This document shows positions 9,847-18,234 of a DNA stretch of 64,000 bases, piece after piece (position 1 is the stretch's first letter; the number at the start of each line of letters is the position of its first letter). Origin of the DNA: Alphaproteobacteria bacterium (GTDB lineage: Bacteria > Pseudomonadota > Alphaproteobacteria > SP197); contig CBDCEA010000004.1 of NCBI GenBank assembly GCA_965215635.1, positions 308,897-372,896 of the forward strand, read 5' to 3'. The notes under the pieces were generated by a model, which did no database searches, was not told where the DNA came from, and saw nothing but the letters and a program-made list of their open reading frames with translations. Both the position numbers and the translations under genes were made by a program.

Positions 9847-10177
9847 GTTTGCTCCTCTCAAAGCAATGTATCACTGATCGACGGTGCCTAAAACCAGTCC
9901 TTCTGTCAACCGACGGCCAGATGTTGATGGTTGGATTCGGTGCTGTTGGGGCGATTCGATCATGCGCCTTCTGGGGTTCAGTGTAACTCCGCTTATGCGT
10001 ACGCCATTGTAGGGCGTTTCTCTTTGGCGAGCGCGAATCCCGCCCGGCAACTGGGGCCCCGAAACGGCAATCGCAGGAGTCGACCCTCCGGGAAAAAGGG
10101 GAAGACCGATGGTCGACCAGGAAGCGAGTCTCAAAGGTACCTGTCCACTTCCGCCCGGGTATCGAGAGATTCCCGGT

Positions 10178-10232
10178 AGCCATGGGCGGGAAGGGGACTC
10201 CCTCTTGATGACGAGGTGGTTCAGTCGGTTCT
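10178..10232. repeat. about 50-bp short repeat element, copy B (see 8008..8062)
   Basis: See copy A. Lies in the approximately 560-bp non-coding, decayed-looking stretch downstream of ureC. Confidence 0.6.
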
Positions 10233-10436
10233 GCAATCATTCGCGGCGATTGCCTTTACACCCAGGCACGCTGTCTCGTTCCCTTATTGCCCTGGATGAA
10301 TGCGCCCCTTGCCGTCCGATGGCGTTGCGGGATTTTCGGTGAAGCCCCGGGCTACGAGATCTACGACGGTTCCCAAGAAGAGGTCAGAATCGGTTACCCC
10401 GGATCCTGTTCGGGCCATGGCCGAGCAGCTGTGGTG

Positions 10437-12149
10437 TCAGCGGAGCATGTAGAGCTGTGTCAGGGGCAACTCCCTAGCCGGTTCACAGGTCGCCAGTTCG
10501 CCGTCCACAAAGACTTCGAAGGTATTGGGATTAACCTCCACATCGGGGCAGGTATCGTTGTGCAACATATGGGACTTGTTGAGTTTTCTCACGCCGCGCG
10601 CAGCCAGGACGGATTTCGACAGTCCAAGCTTGCCTGCAACATCAGCATCGACGGCGCGCTGATTGACGAAGCATGCAGAAAGAGCCTTGCCGGCTTCACC
10701 GAACGCACCCCATTGCGGGCGCATCAGGACCGGCTCGCACGTCATCAGCGAGGCTGCGCTGTCTCCCATCGCAGACCAGACAATGAACCCTCCCTTGATG
10801 ACCAGTTCCGGCTTGATCCCGAAAAATCCGGGCCGCCAGAGAACGATATCCGCGAGCTTTCCGTCTTCGAGTGATCCGACATAGGCATCGATCCCGAACG
10901 TTCTTGCCGCATTGATCGTGTATTTCGCAAGGTAGCGACGGATCCGGAAGTTGTCTCCTCGCGCGGTGGTCTCCTCCCCGAGGCGGCCGCGTTGATTCTT
11001 CATCTTCGATGCGAGTTGCCAGGTTCGGCAGATCACCTCACCTATGCGCCCCATGCCCTGACTGTCGGATCCCAGCATCGATATGGCGCCGATATCGTGC
11101 AGAACATCTTCGGCAGCCATGGTCTGGGGTCGAATCCGGCTTTCGGCAAAGGCGACATCCTCCGGAACAGCCGGATTGAGATGATGGCAAACCATCGTCA
11201 TGTCGAGATGCTCATCGAACGTATTGATGGTGAAAGGATTCGTGGGGCTGGTGGACGATGGCAGGCAGTTCATTTCACCGGTCACACGGATGATGTCCGG
11301 GGCATGACCGCCGCCCGCTCCTTCCGCGTGATACATGTGTATGGTGCGTCCGTTGATGGCTTCAAGAGTATCGTTGAGGAAACCGCTTTCGTTGAGCGTG
11401 TCGGTGTGAAGCTGCACCTGGAAGTCCAGTTCGTCGGCGACCTTCAGGCAACAGTCGATCACGGCAGGCATCGCCCCCCAGTCCTCGTGTATCTTCAACC
11501 CGAGGCAGCCACCGGCGAGCTGCTCGGGTAGCGAGTGCGGTCTGGAGGAGTTACCACGACCAAGAAAGCCGAAATTGATGGGCCAGTGTTCGGCCGCCTG
11601 CAGCATCTTTCCGACATTCCATGCTCCGCCACAGTCGATGCCCACAGTGATGGGCCCCAACGATCCGCCGATCATGGTTGTGACGCCGGCCGAAAGGGCG
11701 TGTTCACACAACTGTGCGGAGTCGAAGTGCACATGCGCATCGATGCCGCCAGGCGTGGCGATCAGACCCTCGGCATCGCGGACCGTGGTCGAAACTCCGC
11801 ATACGAGTCTCGTGTCGACTCCGTCCATGACCGCCGGGTTGCCGGCTTTCCCGATGCCGGCAACTCGGCCATCCTTGATGCCGATGTCTCCCTTCACCAC
11901 CCCCAGAACCGGGTCCATGACCACTACGTTGCAGACCAGCATGTCCAGTGCACCCGAGGAACTGTCATAGCCCGCGGTCAGACCCATTCCGTCGCGCAGC
12001 GTCTTGCCTCCTCCGTGAAGACACTCGTCTCCCGGAACGGCGTGATCGTGCTCTATCTCCGCGAGGAGTGACGTGTCGCCGAGACGCACCGCATCTCCGG
12101 AGGTTGGTCCGTACATGGTGGCGTAGTCTTTACGGGACATTGTGGCCAT
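10437..12149 (-). CDS. ureC: urease alpha subunit (UreC), 570 aa
   Basis: All canonical active-site elements are present: HVHFDSAQL (His-x-His), GLKIHEDWG (carbamylated Lys), [23 protein letters not shown] and [15 protein letters not shown] Shine-Dalgarno 7 nt before the ATG. Confidence 0.95.
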   Translation of the reverse strand: MATMSRKDYATMYGPTSGDAVRLGDTSLLAEIEHDHAVPGDECLHGGGKTLRDGMGLTAGYDSSSGALDMLVCNVVVMDPVLGVVKGDIGIKDGRVAGIGKAGNPAVMDGVDTRLVCGVSTTVRDAEGLIATPGGIDAHVHFDSAQLCEHALSAGVTTMIGGSLGPITVGIDCGGAWNVGKMLQAAEHWPINFGFLGRGNSSRPHSLPEQLAGGCLGLKIHEDWGAMPAVIDCCLKVADELDFQVQLHTDTLNESGFLNDTLEAINGRTIHMYHAEGAGGGHAPDIIRVTGEMNCLPSSTSPTNPFTINTFDEHLDMTMVCHHLNPAVPEDVAFAESRIRPQTMAAEDVLHDIGAISMLGSDSQGMGRIGEVICRTWQLASKMKNQRGRLGEETTARGDNFRIRRYLAKYTINAARTFGIDAYVGSLEDGKLADIVLWRPGFFGIKPELVIKGGFIVWSAMGDSAASLMTCEPVLMRPQWGAFGEAGKALSACFVNQRAVDADVAGKLGLSKSVLAARGVRKLNKSHMLHNDTCPDVEVNPNTFEVFVDGELATCEPARELPLTQLYMLR

Positions 12150-12152
12150 GAT

Positions 12153-12848
12153 TCATGCTCCCCTGAAACCGCGCGACCGGGCACGCCGCAGAGCTTCCGC
12201 CTTTCTCGCTTCGTTGCGTGTGGAACCGTCCGTCAGGTTGTTGAGTCCGACGATTTCTCCCGTCCCGCCGAACGTCACCAGGTTCACCTGTTTGCTTTCG
12301 CCGGGCTCAAAGCGGACCGCGGTTCCGGCCGGAACATCGAGATGCAGACCGAATGCCTTTTCCCTGTCGAAGTTGAGGGCACGATTGGTCTCGAAGAAAT
12401 GGTAGTGACTGCCGACCTGAATCGGACGATCTCCGGTATTGGTGACAACAAGGGTCACTTTCTCACGACCGGCATTGAGTTCGATGTCGCCGTCGGCCGT
12501 CATGACCTCGCCCGGAACAGTTCCGGCTGCCGGCTCCTCTTCACCCGGTCGAATGGGATCATGAACCGTCACGAGTTTGGTGCCGTCCGGGAACATTGCT
12601 TCGACCTGGACAATAGGAACGAGCTCGGCGACACCCGGCATCACATCGCCCCTGTTGAGAATCGTCGACCCGAAACTCATCAGTTCGGCGACCGTACAAC
12701 CGTCGCGGGCTCTCTCGAGAATCGCGTCGCAGATTAGCGCAACAGCCTCCGGATGATTGAGTTTCACGCCCCTTGCACGTCTTCGCCGGGCTATTTCAGC
12801 CGCAGTGAAAATTGTCAGGCGTTCCATTTCGGTAGGAGTCAGCAACAT
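12153..12848 (-). CDS. ureAB: fused urease gamma-beta subunit (UreAB), 231 aa
   Basis: N-terminal 100 aa match UreA ([39 protein letters not shown]). The C-terminal half matches UreB ([42 protein letters not shown]). The stop lies 3 nt before the ureC start. Confidence 0.9.
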   Translation of the reverse strand: MLLTPTEMERLTIFTAAEIARRRRARGVKLNHPEAVALICDAILERARDGCTVAELMSFGSTILNRGDVMPGVAELVPIVQVEAMFPDGTKLVTVHDPIRPGEEEPAAGTVPGEVMTADGDIELNAGREKVTLVVTNTGDRPIQVGSHYHFFETNRALNFDREKAFGLHLDVPAGTAVRFEPGESKQVNLVTFGGTGEIVGLNNLTDGSTRNEARKAEALRRARSRGFRGA

Positions 12849-12907
12849 TTGGAGTGCTCCTCAAGTTATTGCAGCGCGTCCTGCCACCACCTTCTTGTGG
12901 ACCATGC

Positions 12908-13945
12908 TCAAGCCGGCCGGGGACGCCTGATGGTCTGATCCACCACTTCGCCACGTGCCTTTGCCGCTGCCGCCATGAGCCGAAGCACGACACACACGGC
13001 GAGACGGGAGGTCGTTCCGCTGACGTCGAAAATCGGGCAGAGTTCGGAAATTTCGATGACGCTGGGGCCGCCACGCCGTCCCAGCGCGTCGGCGATCCGC
13101 ATCATCTCCCTTGATTCAAGACCGCCCGGTTCGGTGGCGGTGACGCCCGGAGCAACGGATGCATCCATGACATTGAGATTGAAGCTCAGATACTGCGCAT
13201 CGGTTCCGTTCCAAACACTCGTGGCCGCCTCGTCGACGACCGTATCGACACCGCGTTCGAGAGCTTCGAACATCGGGTGAAACCGCACATTCCTTTCTCT
13301 CGCGAGATCGATCCAGTCCTTGGGATTGAGGGAATTCCGGGCACCGACATGCCCGATATTGCCGGGGCTGACATTCGGCAATTCGCTGATCCTGGCCAGC
13401 GCGCAGGTACTGACCTCGCTTTCTCCCGCCCAACTGTCTGCAAGGTCGAGGTGCGCTCCGAAATGCAGATAGCCCATCTTCCGATGCTCGCCGATGTGAT
13501 CGGACAGTGCCCTGGTTGCGGGAATGGAAATCGATCTGTCACCGCCACAGATGATCGGTATGACGCCCGCGGCGAGAATTTCGCGTGTCGCATCGTAGAT
13601 ACGCTTGCGCGACAGCGCGGGATTCACTTTCGGCATCTGGATGTCGCCGCAATCGGCGCTGCTGCCGTTGAGATCGACCTGATACTCGAACCAGTAGGGA
13701 AAGTATTCCTGCGATGCCAGACGAAACTCCCTCGGTCCTTCATCGGATCCGGGTTTACCGACATTCCCTTCGTCGAACGGTGCGCCGACAAAGGCGTAAC
13801 GAACGCCCGCGGTACGCAATTGCTCCCGGTCGAGCGCGACGTGATCCGAGCGCATGAACGTGATCTGTCCGGGTGCCCGGTAGTTGACAGCGTCATCACC
13901 ACCCTGGGGCGAAAACAGATGTGCGTAGACCTTGGCTGGATTCAT
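12908..13945 (-). CDS. arginase/agmatinase-fold protein lacking 4 of the 6 canonical Mn-ligand residues (probable non-catalytic paralog), 345 aa
   Basis: Aligned by eye to the downstream paralog and to arginase-family motifs: GGDRS (expected GGDHS), GAHLD (expected DAHxD) and SFNLN (expected SxDxD). His101, Asp124, Asp232 and Asp234 equivalents are all replaced. Confidence 0.8.
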   Translation of the reverse strand: MNPAKVYAHLFSPQGGDDAVNYRAPGQITFMRSDHVALDREQLRTAGVRYAFVGAPFDEGNVGKPGSDEGPREFRLASQEYFPYWFEYQVDLNGSSADCGDIQMPKVNPALSRKRIYDATREILAAGVIPIICGGDRSISIPATRALSDHIGEHRKMGYLHFGAHLDLADSWAGESEVSTCALARISELPNVSPGNIGHVGARNSLNPKDWIDLARERNVRFHPMFEALERGVDTVVDEAATSVWNGTDAQYLSFNLNVMDASVAPGVTATEPGGLESREMMRIADALGRRGGPSVIEISELCPIFDVSGTTSRLAVCVVLRLMAAAAKARGEVVDQTIRRPRPA

Positions 13946-14000
13946 TTCTGGGCATTCCCTGAATTGTCGGAAGACTGAACGCGCATGCGAGGTGGAAGCG

Positions 14001-15068
14001 TCACGGCGCGGCGCCCTGTTCGCGCAGAGTCTTCGCGCGGCTTCCGAGGTAGTGGTAGATCATGCAGCATGCGAGCTTGATGCTCATCTGGCTGACATCG
14101 AAGATGGGACACAGCTCGGAGAGTTCGAGAATGTCCGCACCGTACGTGCCCGCAATGCGTGCGAGCTGGATGGCTTCCCTGGAATTGATGCCGAAACATT
14201 CCGGCGCCGTCGTTCCGGGCATGCAGCTGGCATCGAGAGAATCGGTGTCCCAGGAACAATAGACCGCGTCGGTCCCGTTCCAGGCGATGTCGAAGATTTC
14301 CTTCGTGCAGGCTTCCACGCCGCGCTCGACAACCTCCATCATGGGGATCAGACGGACATCGGTGTCGACGAAGAAATCGTACCAGTCCTTCGGATTGAGT
14401 CCGTTGCGAGAACCCATGTGCGCCATGTTGGCGCCGTCACAGTTTTCGAGATCAAATGCGCGGGACGGTCCGGAGCAGTTGGTGTTGCGGATGCCTCCCC
14501 AGTCCGGTGCCGAGTCGAGATGACAATCGATGTGAAGGTAGCCGATCCTGCCGTTCCTGTGGAAATCCGACAGCGCGCGTGCACCCGGAATGGGCGCGGA
14601 GTGGTCACCACCACAAAAGATGACTTTTGCCCCTCCTTCCAGGCACTCCGTGATGTACTGGTAAATGAACTCGTGAGAACGATCGTTGTTGCCGGGAACA
14701 ATGGGCACATCGCCGCAATCGACAGGCCTGAAGGTTTCGACCAGATCGACATCGTACTCGAACATGTAGGGAAAGTACTGGGAGGACGCCTCCCTGAGGC
14801 CGGCTGGACCGGAAGACGTGCCGGAACGGACCATCTGGCCCTGATCCCAGGGAACACCGAGGAAGCAGATTTTCGCTCCCATGGCGCGGATCGCCTTGCG
14901 GTCCGGCGGGCAGTAGGGCGCTCCCATGAAGGTGGCAATTCCCGGAGATTTCAGCGTGCCGTTGTGCAGGCGTGGTGACCGGATGTGATCGTCCGGGCGC
15001 GTGTGTTCCTGCGGGCCCTGATGCTGGTGCGGCACGAAACTCCAGGCCGTCGTTGCGCCTTGTGTCAT
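14001..15068 (-). CDS. arginase/agmatinase-family ureohydrolase with a complete metal-ligand set, 355 aa
   Basis: GGDHSAP, HIDCHLDS (D-x-H-x-D) and SWDTDSLDASCMPG (S-x-D-x-D) are all present. Shares the C-terminal ELSELCPIFDVS block with the upstream paralog. Confidence 0.8.
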   Translation of the reverse strand: MTQGATTAWSFVPHQHQGPQEHTRPDDHIRSPRLHNGTLKSPGIATFMGAPYCPPDRKAIRAMGAKICFLGVPWDQGQMVRSGTSSGPAGLREASSQYFPYMFEYDVDLVETFRPVDCGDVPIVPGNNDRSHEFIYQYITECLEGGAKVIFCGGDHSAPIPGARALSDFHRNGRIGYLHIDCHLDSAPDWGGIRNTNCSGPSRAFDLENCDGANMAHMGSRNGLNPKDWYDFFVDTDVRLIPMMEVVERGVEACTKEIFDIAWNGTDAVYCSWDTDSLDASCMPGTTAPECFGINSREAIQLARIAGTYGADILELSELCPIFDVSQMSIKLACCMIYHYLGSRAKTLREQGAAP

Positions 15069-15259
15069 TGTATTCCCCAGGCTGTTTGCCGATCGGCGCC
15101 GGCACGTTCCGATGCCGGGTAGTCGTCATCGGCGTCAAACTCCGGCTCGACTGTCGAGACCTGCATTTCACGACCGGTCACGACTTCCCGAGTCGCCATG
15201 CAGCAGACGCTGTACATGTCCTTAGCCTTCGTTCTTCGAGTCCGAATTCATGACGTCAA

Positions 15260-16078
15260 TCACATGTGTTCCCTGTTGGGACTTTCCTCCCGCATCATGT
15301 GCATGATGTGCCGCTCGAGATCAGAATAGCCCGGCAAACCTATCACGACTTCCTTGTCCGGGATTCGGTTCCCGGACTTGAACTCTGTGGTGAGGTTTTC
15401 CCGGATCCGTCCCGGATGCCGGGACATGAAGAGAATCCGGTCGGCGAGGAAAATCGCTTCCTCGATGTCATGCGTGACCAGGAGAACCGTGGTGCGTGAC
15501 GACTCCATGATGTTCAAGAGCAATTCCTGCATCGTCCAGCGCGTTTCCGCATCAAGGGCGCCGAACGGCTCGTCCATGAGGAGCATGGAGGGACTGTTCG
15601 CCAATGTTCTGGCGATGGCGACACGCTGCTTCATGCCTCCGGAAAGTTGTGTCGGATAGGCATCGCGGAACTTCTCCAACTGGACCAGGGAAATGAATTG
15701 GTCGGCCCGGTCCTTGCGTTTCTTCCTCGGCACGCCATTAAGTCGCATGCCGTATTCGACGTTCTCCTGGACCGTCAGCCAATCGAACGACGTATAGGAC
15801 TGAAAGACCATGCCACGATCCCCGCCGGGACCATCGATCCGCCGTCCATCGATCGTGAGTATACCTTCCGTCGGTTCCTCGAGGCCTGCAGCCATGCGCA
15901 GCACCGTCGACTTGCCACACCCGGAAGGGCCGAGCAGGACGCAAAGCTCGTTGTCGACAACATCGAAAGACACATCGACGACCGCATCGATGGTACCGTG
16001 CGCGGTGGAAGGAAATGACTTGGAGACCTGCGATACCGACAACTTTGGTCCAGCGATGGTCTTCGTGTACCCGTTCAT
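15260..16078 (-). CDS. ABC transporter ATP-binding protein, NitT/TauT (nitrate/sulfonate/taurine-type) family
   Basis: Walker A GPSGCGKST, signature LSGGMKQRVAIARTL, Walker B LLMDEPFGALD. Size and domain order match SsuB/TauB-like proteins. Start at the internal ATG (MNGYTK...) because the longer ORF would overlap the upstream substrate-binding-protein gene by 45 nt and uses TTG. Confidence 0.75.
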   Translation of the reverse strand: MNGYTKTIAGPKLSVSQVSKSFPSTAHGTIDAVVDVSFDVVDNELCVLLGPSGCGKSTVLRMAAGLEEPTEGILTIDGRRIDGPGGDRGMVFQSYTSFDWLTVQENVEYGMRLNGVPRKKRKDRADQFISLVQLEKFRDAYPTQLSGGMKQRVAIARTLANSPSMLLMDEPFGALDAETRWTMQELLLNIMESSRTTVLLVTHDIEEAIFLADRILFMSRHPGRIRENLTTEFKSGNRIPDKEVVIGLPGYSDLERHIMHMMREESPNREHM

Positions 16079-16170
16079 TCCGGCGACCGTCAGGCTTCCA
16101 TCGATGCGGTTGGCATCGTGACCGGCCGGAGAAACCCGTCGGCCGGTCACATGGCGACGCTGTTCCGGTG

Positions 16171-17241
16171 TCAGCCCCCGTAACCGGACTCGTACAGGTC
16201 GGTCAGCAGGGAACAATCGGTACCTTCAGACGGATCAACTTCTTCCGACATCTGGCCGAACTTGATCCACCATTCGTTCGTCATGCGCCAATGATCGGCT
16301 ATCTGTCCGTTGGTCTGCCCGAAAGGCGGATCACCGGGCGCCGAACCGCAGAATCTGGCGGTTTCCATGAATGAATAGGGATACAGTCCGCCATCTTTAC
16401 CGGTCCCGTCCTTGCCGATCACGAGTTCCACGTCTTCCACAGACATCTTCATCCTGCGGGCGATGATTTCATTGCCCTCAGTCGGATTTTCACTCCACCA
16501 GGCGATCGCGTCGTAGAGCGCCGTCATGGTCTTGAGGGCGACGTCCCTGCGCTGCTCGATGAAGCTGGCGTTCATGAAAAGTGCATCCGCAATGAGCGCA
16601 TTCTGCAACCAGAAGGGTTCCCGCGAGTGAGCGGCGAGTCTTGTATTCGGCCTGGCTTCCAGAACCTGTGTTCCGAAGGGATCCCAGAATTCGGCCGCTG
16701 CAACATCCCCGCCGATCATGGCGGATGCCGCGTCATCCATGATCAGGTTGACATATTCGACCTGATCGTACGCAACACCGTTCTGTTCCAGCCAGATGGC
16801 CATGTAGAGCTGAGCGAGTCCACCCTCGAGCACCGCGACTTTCTTGCCGACGAGATCCGCGGCACTCTCGATGCCCGGGCTTACAACGATCTTGTCCGTT
16901 CCGTAGGATATGTTGCCGTAGGCGACAAGCTTGACGGGTATGCCTTCCGCAGCTGCAATGGGAGCGAACTCGATCGTGCTCGAGACGACGTCGAGCTGTC
17001 CGGCCGCCGCAAGGGCAAATGTCTGGAAGGGATCCTCGATGGCCTCGTAGCTGATCTCGAGGTCCGGGGCCAGACCCACTTCGTCCGCAATGAACCAGAA
17101 GCCGTAGCCGGGCCACGTCAGGCCGGCGATACGGACTTCCTCGGCCGCCTGAACACGGTTCGATGACACGGCGCACAGCGCCACGCTCACCAGCACTGCA
17201 ACTGAAACAACTTTCAAACTTCCAACAAGCCTGCCGGTCAT
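16171..17241 (-). CDS. ABC transporter substrate-binding protein, NMT1/THI5-like (NitT/TauT family), Sec signal peptide
   Basis: MTGRLVGSLKVVSVAVLVSVALCAVSSNRVQAAEE signal peptide, then an NMT1-type fold. GAGGGA Shine-Dalgarno 8 nt upstream of the ATG at 17241. Confidence 0.75.
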   Translation of the reverse strand: MTGRLVGSLKVVSVAVLVSVALCAVSSNRVQAAEEVRIAGLTWPGYGFWFIADEVGLAPDLEISYEAIEDPFQTFALAAAGQLDVVSSTIEFAPIAAAEGIPVKLVAYGNISYGTDKIVVSPGIESAADLVGKKVAVLEGGLAQLYMAIWLEQNGVAYDQVEYVNLIMDDAASAMIGGDVAAAEFWDPFGTQVLEARPNTRLAAHSREPFWLQNALIADALFMNASFIEQRRDVALKTMTALYDAIAWWSENPTEGNEIIARRMKMSVEDVELVIGKDGTGKDGGLYPYSFMETARFCGSAPGDPPFGQTNGQIADHWRMTNEWWIKFGQMSEEVDPSEGTDCSLLTDLYESGYGG

Positions 17242-17266
17242 GGCGGTCTCCCTCAAATGGTCACAA

Positions 17267-18067
17267 TCAACGCTCCCGTTCATCAAGGTATGGGAACAAC
17301 CAGCGATGTGCAACACGGAACAAGTAATCGAACAGGAGCCCGAGCAGGCCGATGACAATGATGCTCGCCATGATCTTGTCGACGTGGAGGAATCGCTTGG
17401 CGCGCATCATGACGGCACCGATACCTGTGGTTGCCGCCACGATTTCGGCGATCACCAGATAGGTCCAACTGACGGCGAGCATTTGCCGCATGGCAACCAC
17501 AATGTCGGGCATGGCGGCAGGCACGATGACTGTTCTGAGGATCTGCCAGCGGTTTCCTCCCAGTGTCATCGAGGTCTCGATGAGCTCGGTGCGCACGGAC
17601 TTGACGTGATCCATGATCAGCGTGATCAGAAACCAAAGCACTCCGATGAAGAGAAGGGCGATTTTCTGCTCGTCGCCGGTGCCGAACCACATCAGCAGAA
17701 GAGGGATGAAGGAAGGTGCCGGCAGATAACGCCAGGCCGAAACCAGCGGGTTCAAGAAGGCTTCAATCCGGCGGAACGATCCCATCAGGATACCCAGCAC
17801 GACGGCAACCAGGCATGCAGCCCCGAAACTGACCACGATCCGGTAGATGCTGATGCCTATGTCGAGCAGATAGTCGCCGCTCGTCAGAAGGGAATGGAGC
17901 GTCAACAGCACCACGTAGGGCGACGGCATGAACATGGCATCGACCCACGCCAGGGATACCGCAATTTCCCACAACGCAAAGAAAATCAGCCATATGGCTG
18001 TGCCGAGCATGATGATCGTGCTGAGCGGGATGGTTGACTTGAACTCCAGCCAGCGTCGTCTGTACAT
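17267..18067 (-). CDS. ABC transporter permease, NitT/TauT family
   Basis: Six predicted TM segments and the EAA-like loop region (…TSMTLGGNRWQILRTVIVPAAMPDIV…), typical of BPD_transp_1 permeases. Start ambiguous (ATG at 18067, 18142 or 18172; none has a good Shine-Dalgarno). Confidence 0.7.
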   Translation of the reverse strand: MYRRRWLEFKSTIPLSTIIMLGTAIWLIFFALWEIAVSLAWVDAMFMPSPYVVLLTLHSLLTSGDYLLDIGISIYRIVVSFGAACLVAVVLGILMGSFRRIEAFLNPLVSAWRYLPAPSFIPLLLMWFGTGDEQKIALLFIGVLWFLITLIMDHVKSVRTELIETSMTLGGNRWQILRTVIVPAAMPDIVVAMRQMLAVSWTYLVIAEIVAATTGIGAVMMRAKRFLHVDKIMASIIVIGLLGLLFDYLFRVAHRWLFPYLDERER

Positions 18068-18234
18068 GGGACGGGTTCCGGATAGGTCTGCTTGCAGATG
18101 GACCGAAGCCGCAGGCTGAACCAGGACGTGACTGCCAACCATGCGTTCTTCGGCAATACTGGTTCCGCGCATGTGATGTGGTCAAGCTTGAAGATGTTCG
18201 GGTTCCGGCGGTGTGTCGGAGCAGGGGGAATGGC

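Noticed and set aside
9880-10436. ureE/F/G/D-like ORFs hidden downstream of ureC, for example the 44-codon ORF MARTGSGVTDSDLFLGTVVDL...
   Set aside because: No P-loop (UreG), no His-rich tail or UreE fold motifs. The ORFs are short and in a stretch that also contains a mobile 50-bp repeat. Judged non-coding debris.
12142-12405. Small plus-strand ORFs inside ureAB/ureC (for example 12142..12405) as separate peptide genes
   Set aside because: Entirely antisense to urease structural genes with canonical conservation. No start context.
18066-18135. Guanidine-I (ykkC) riboswitch in front of the transporter or FAD oxidoreductase, suggested by GGGACGGGUUCCGG...GGACCGAAG
   Set aside because: The hallmark 3' hairpin (ACGG.GGGA.AAAAGCCCGGGAGA) is absent. 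The resemblance is on the plus strand whereas the transporter operon it would need to control is on the minus strand, and the motif recurs twice more as a bare heptamer. Kept only as a possible operator repeat.
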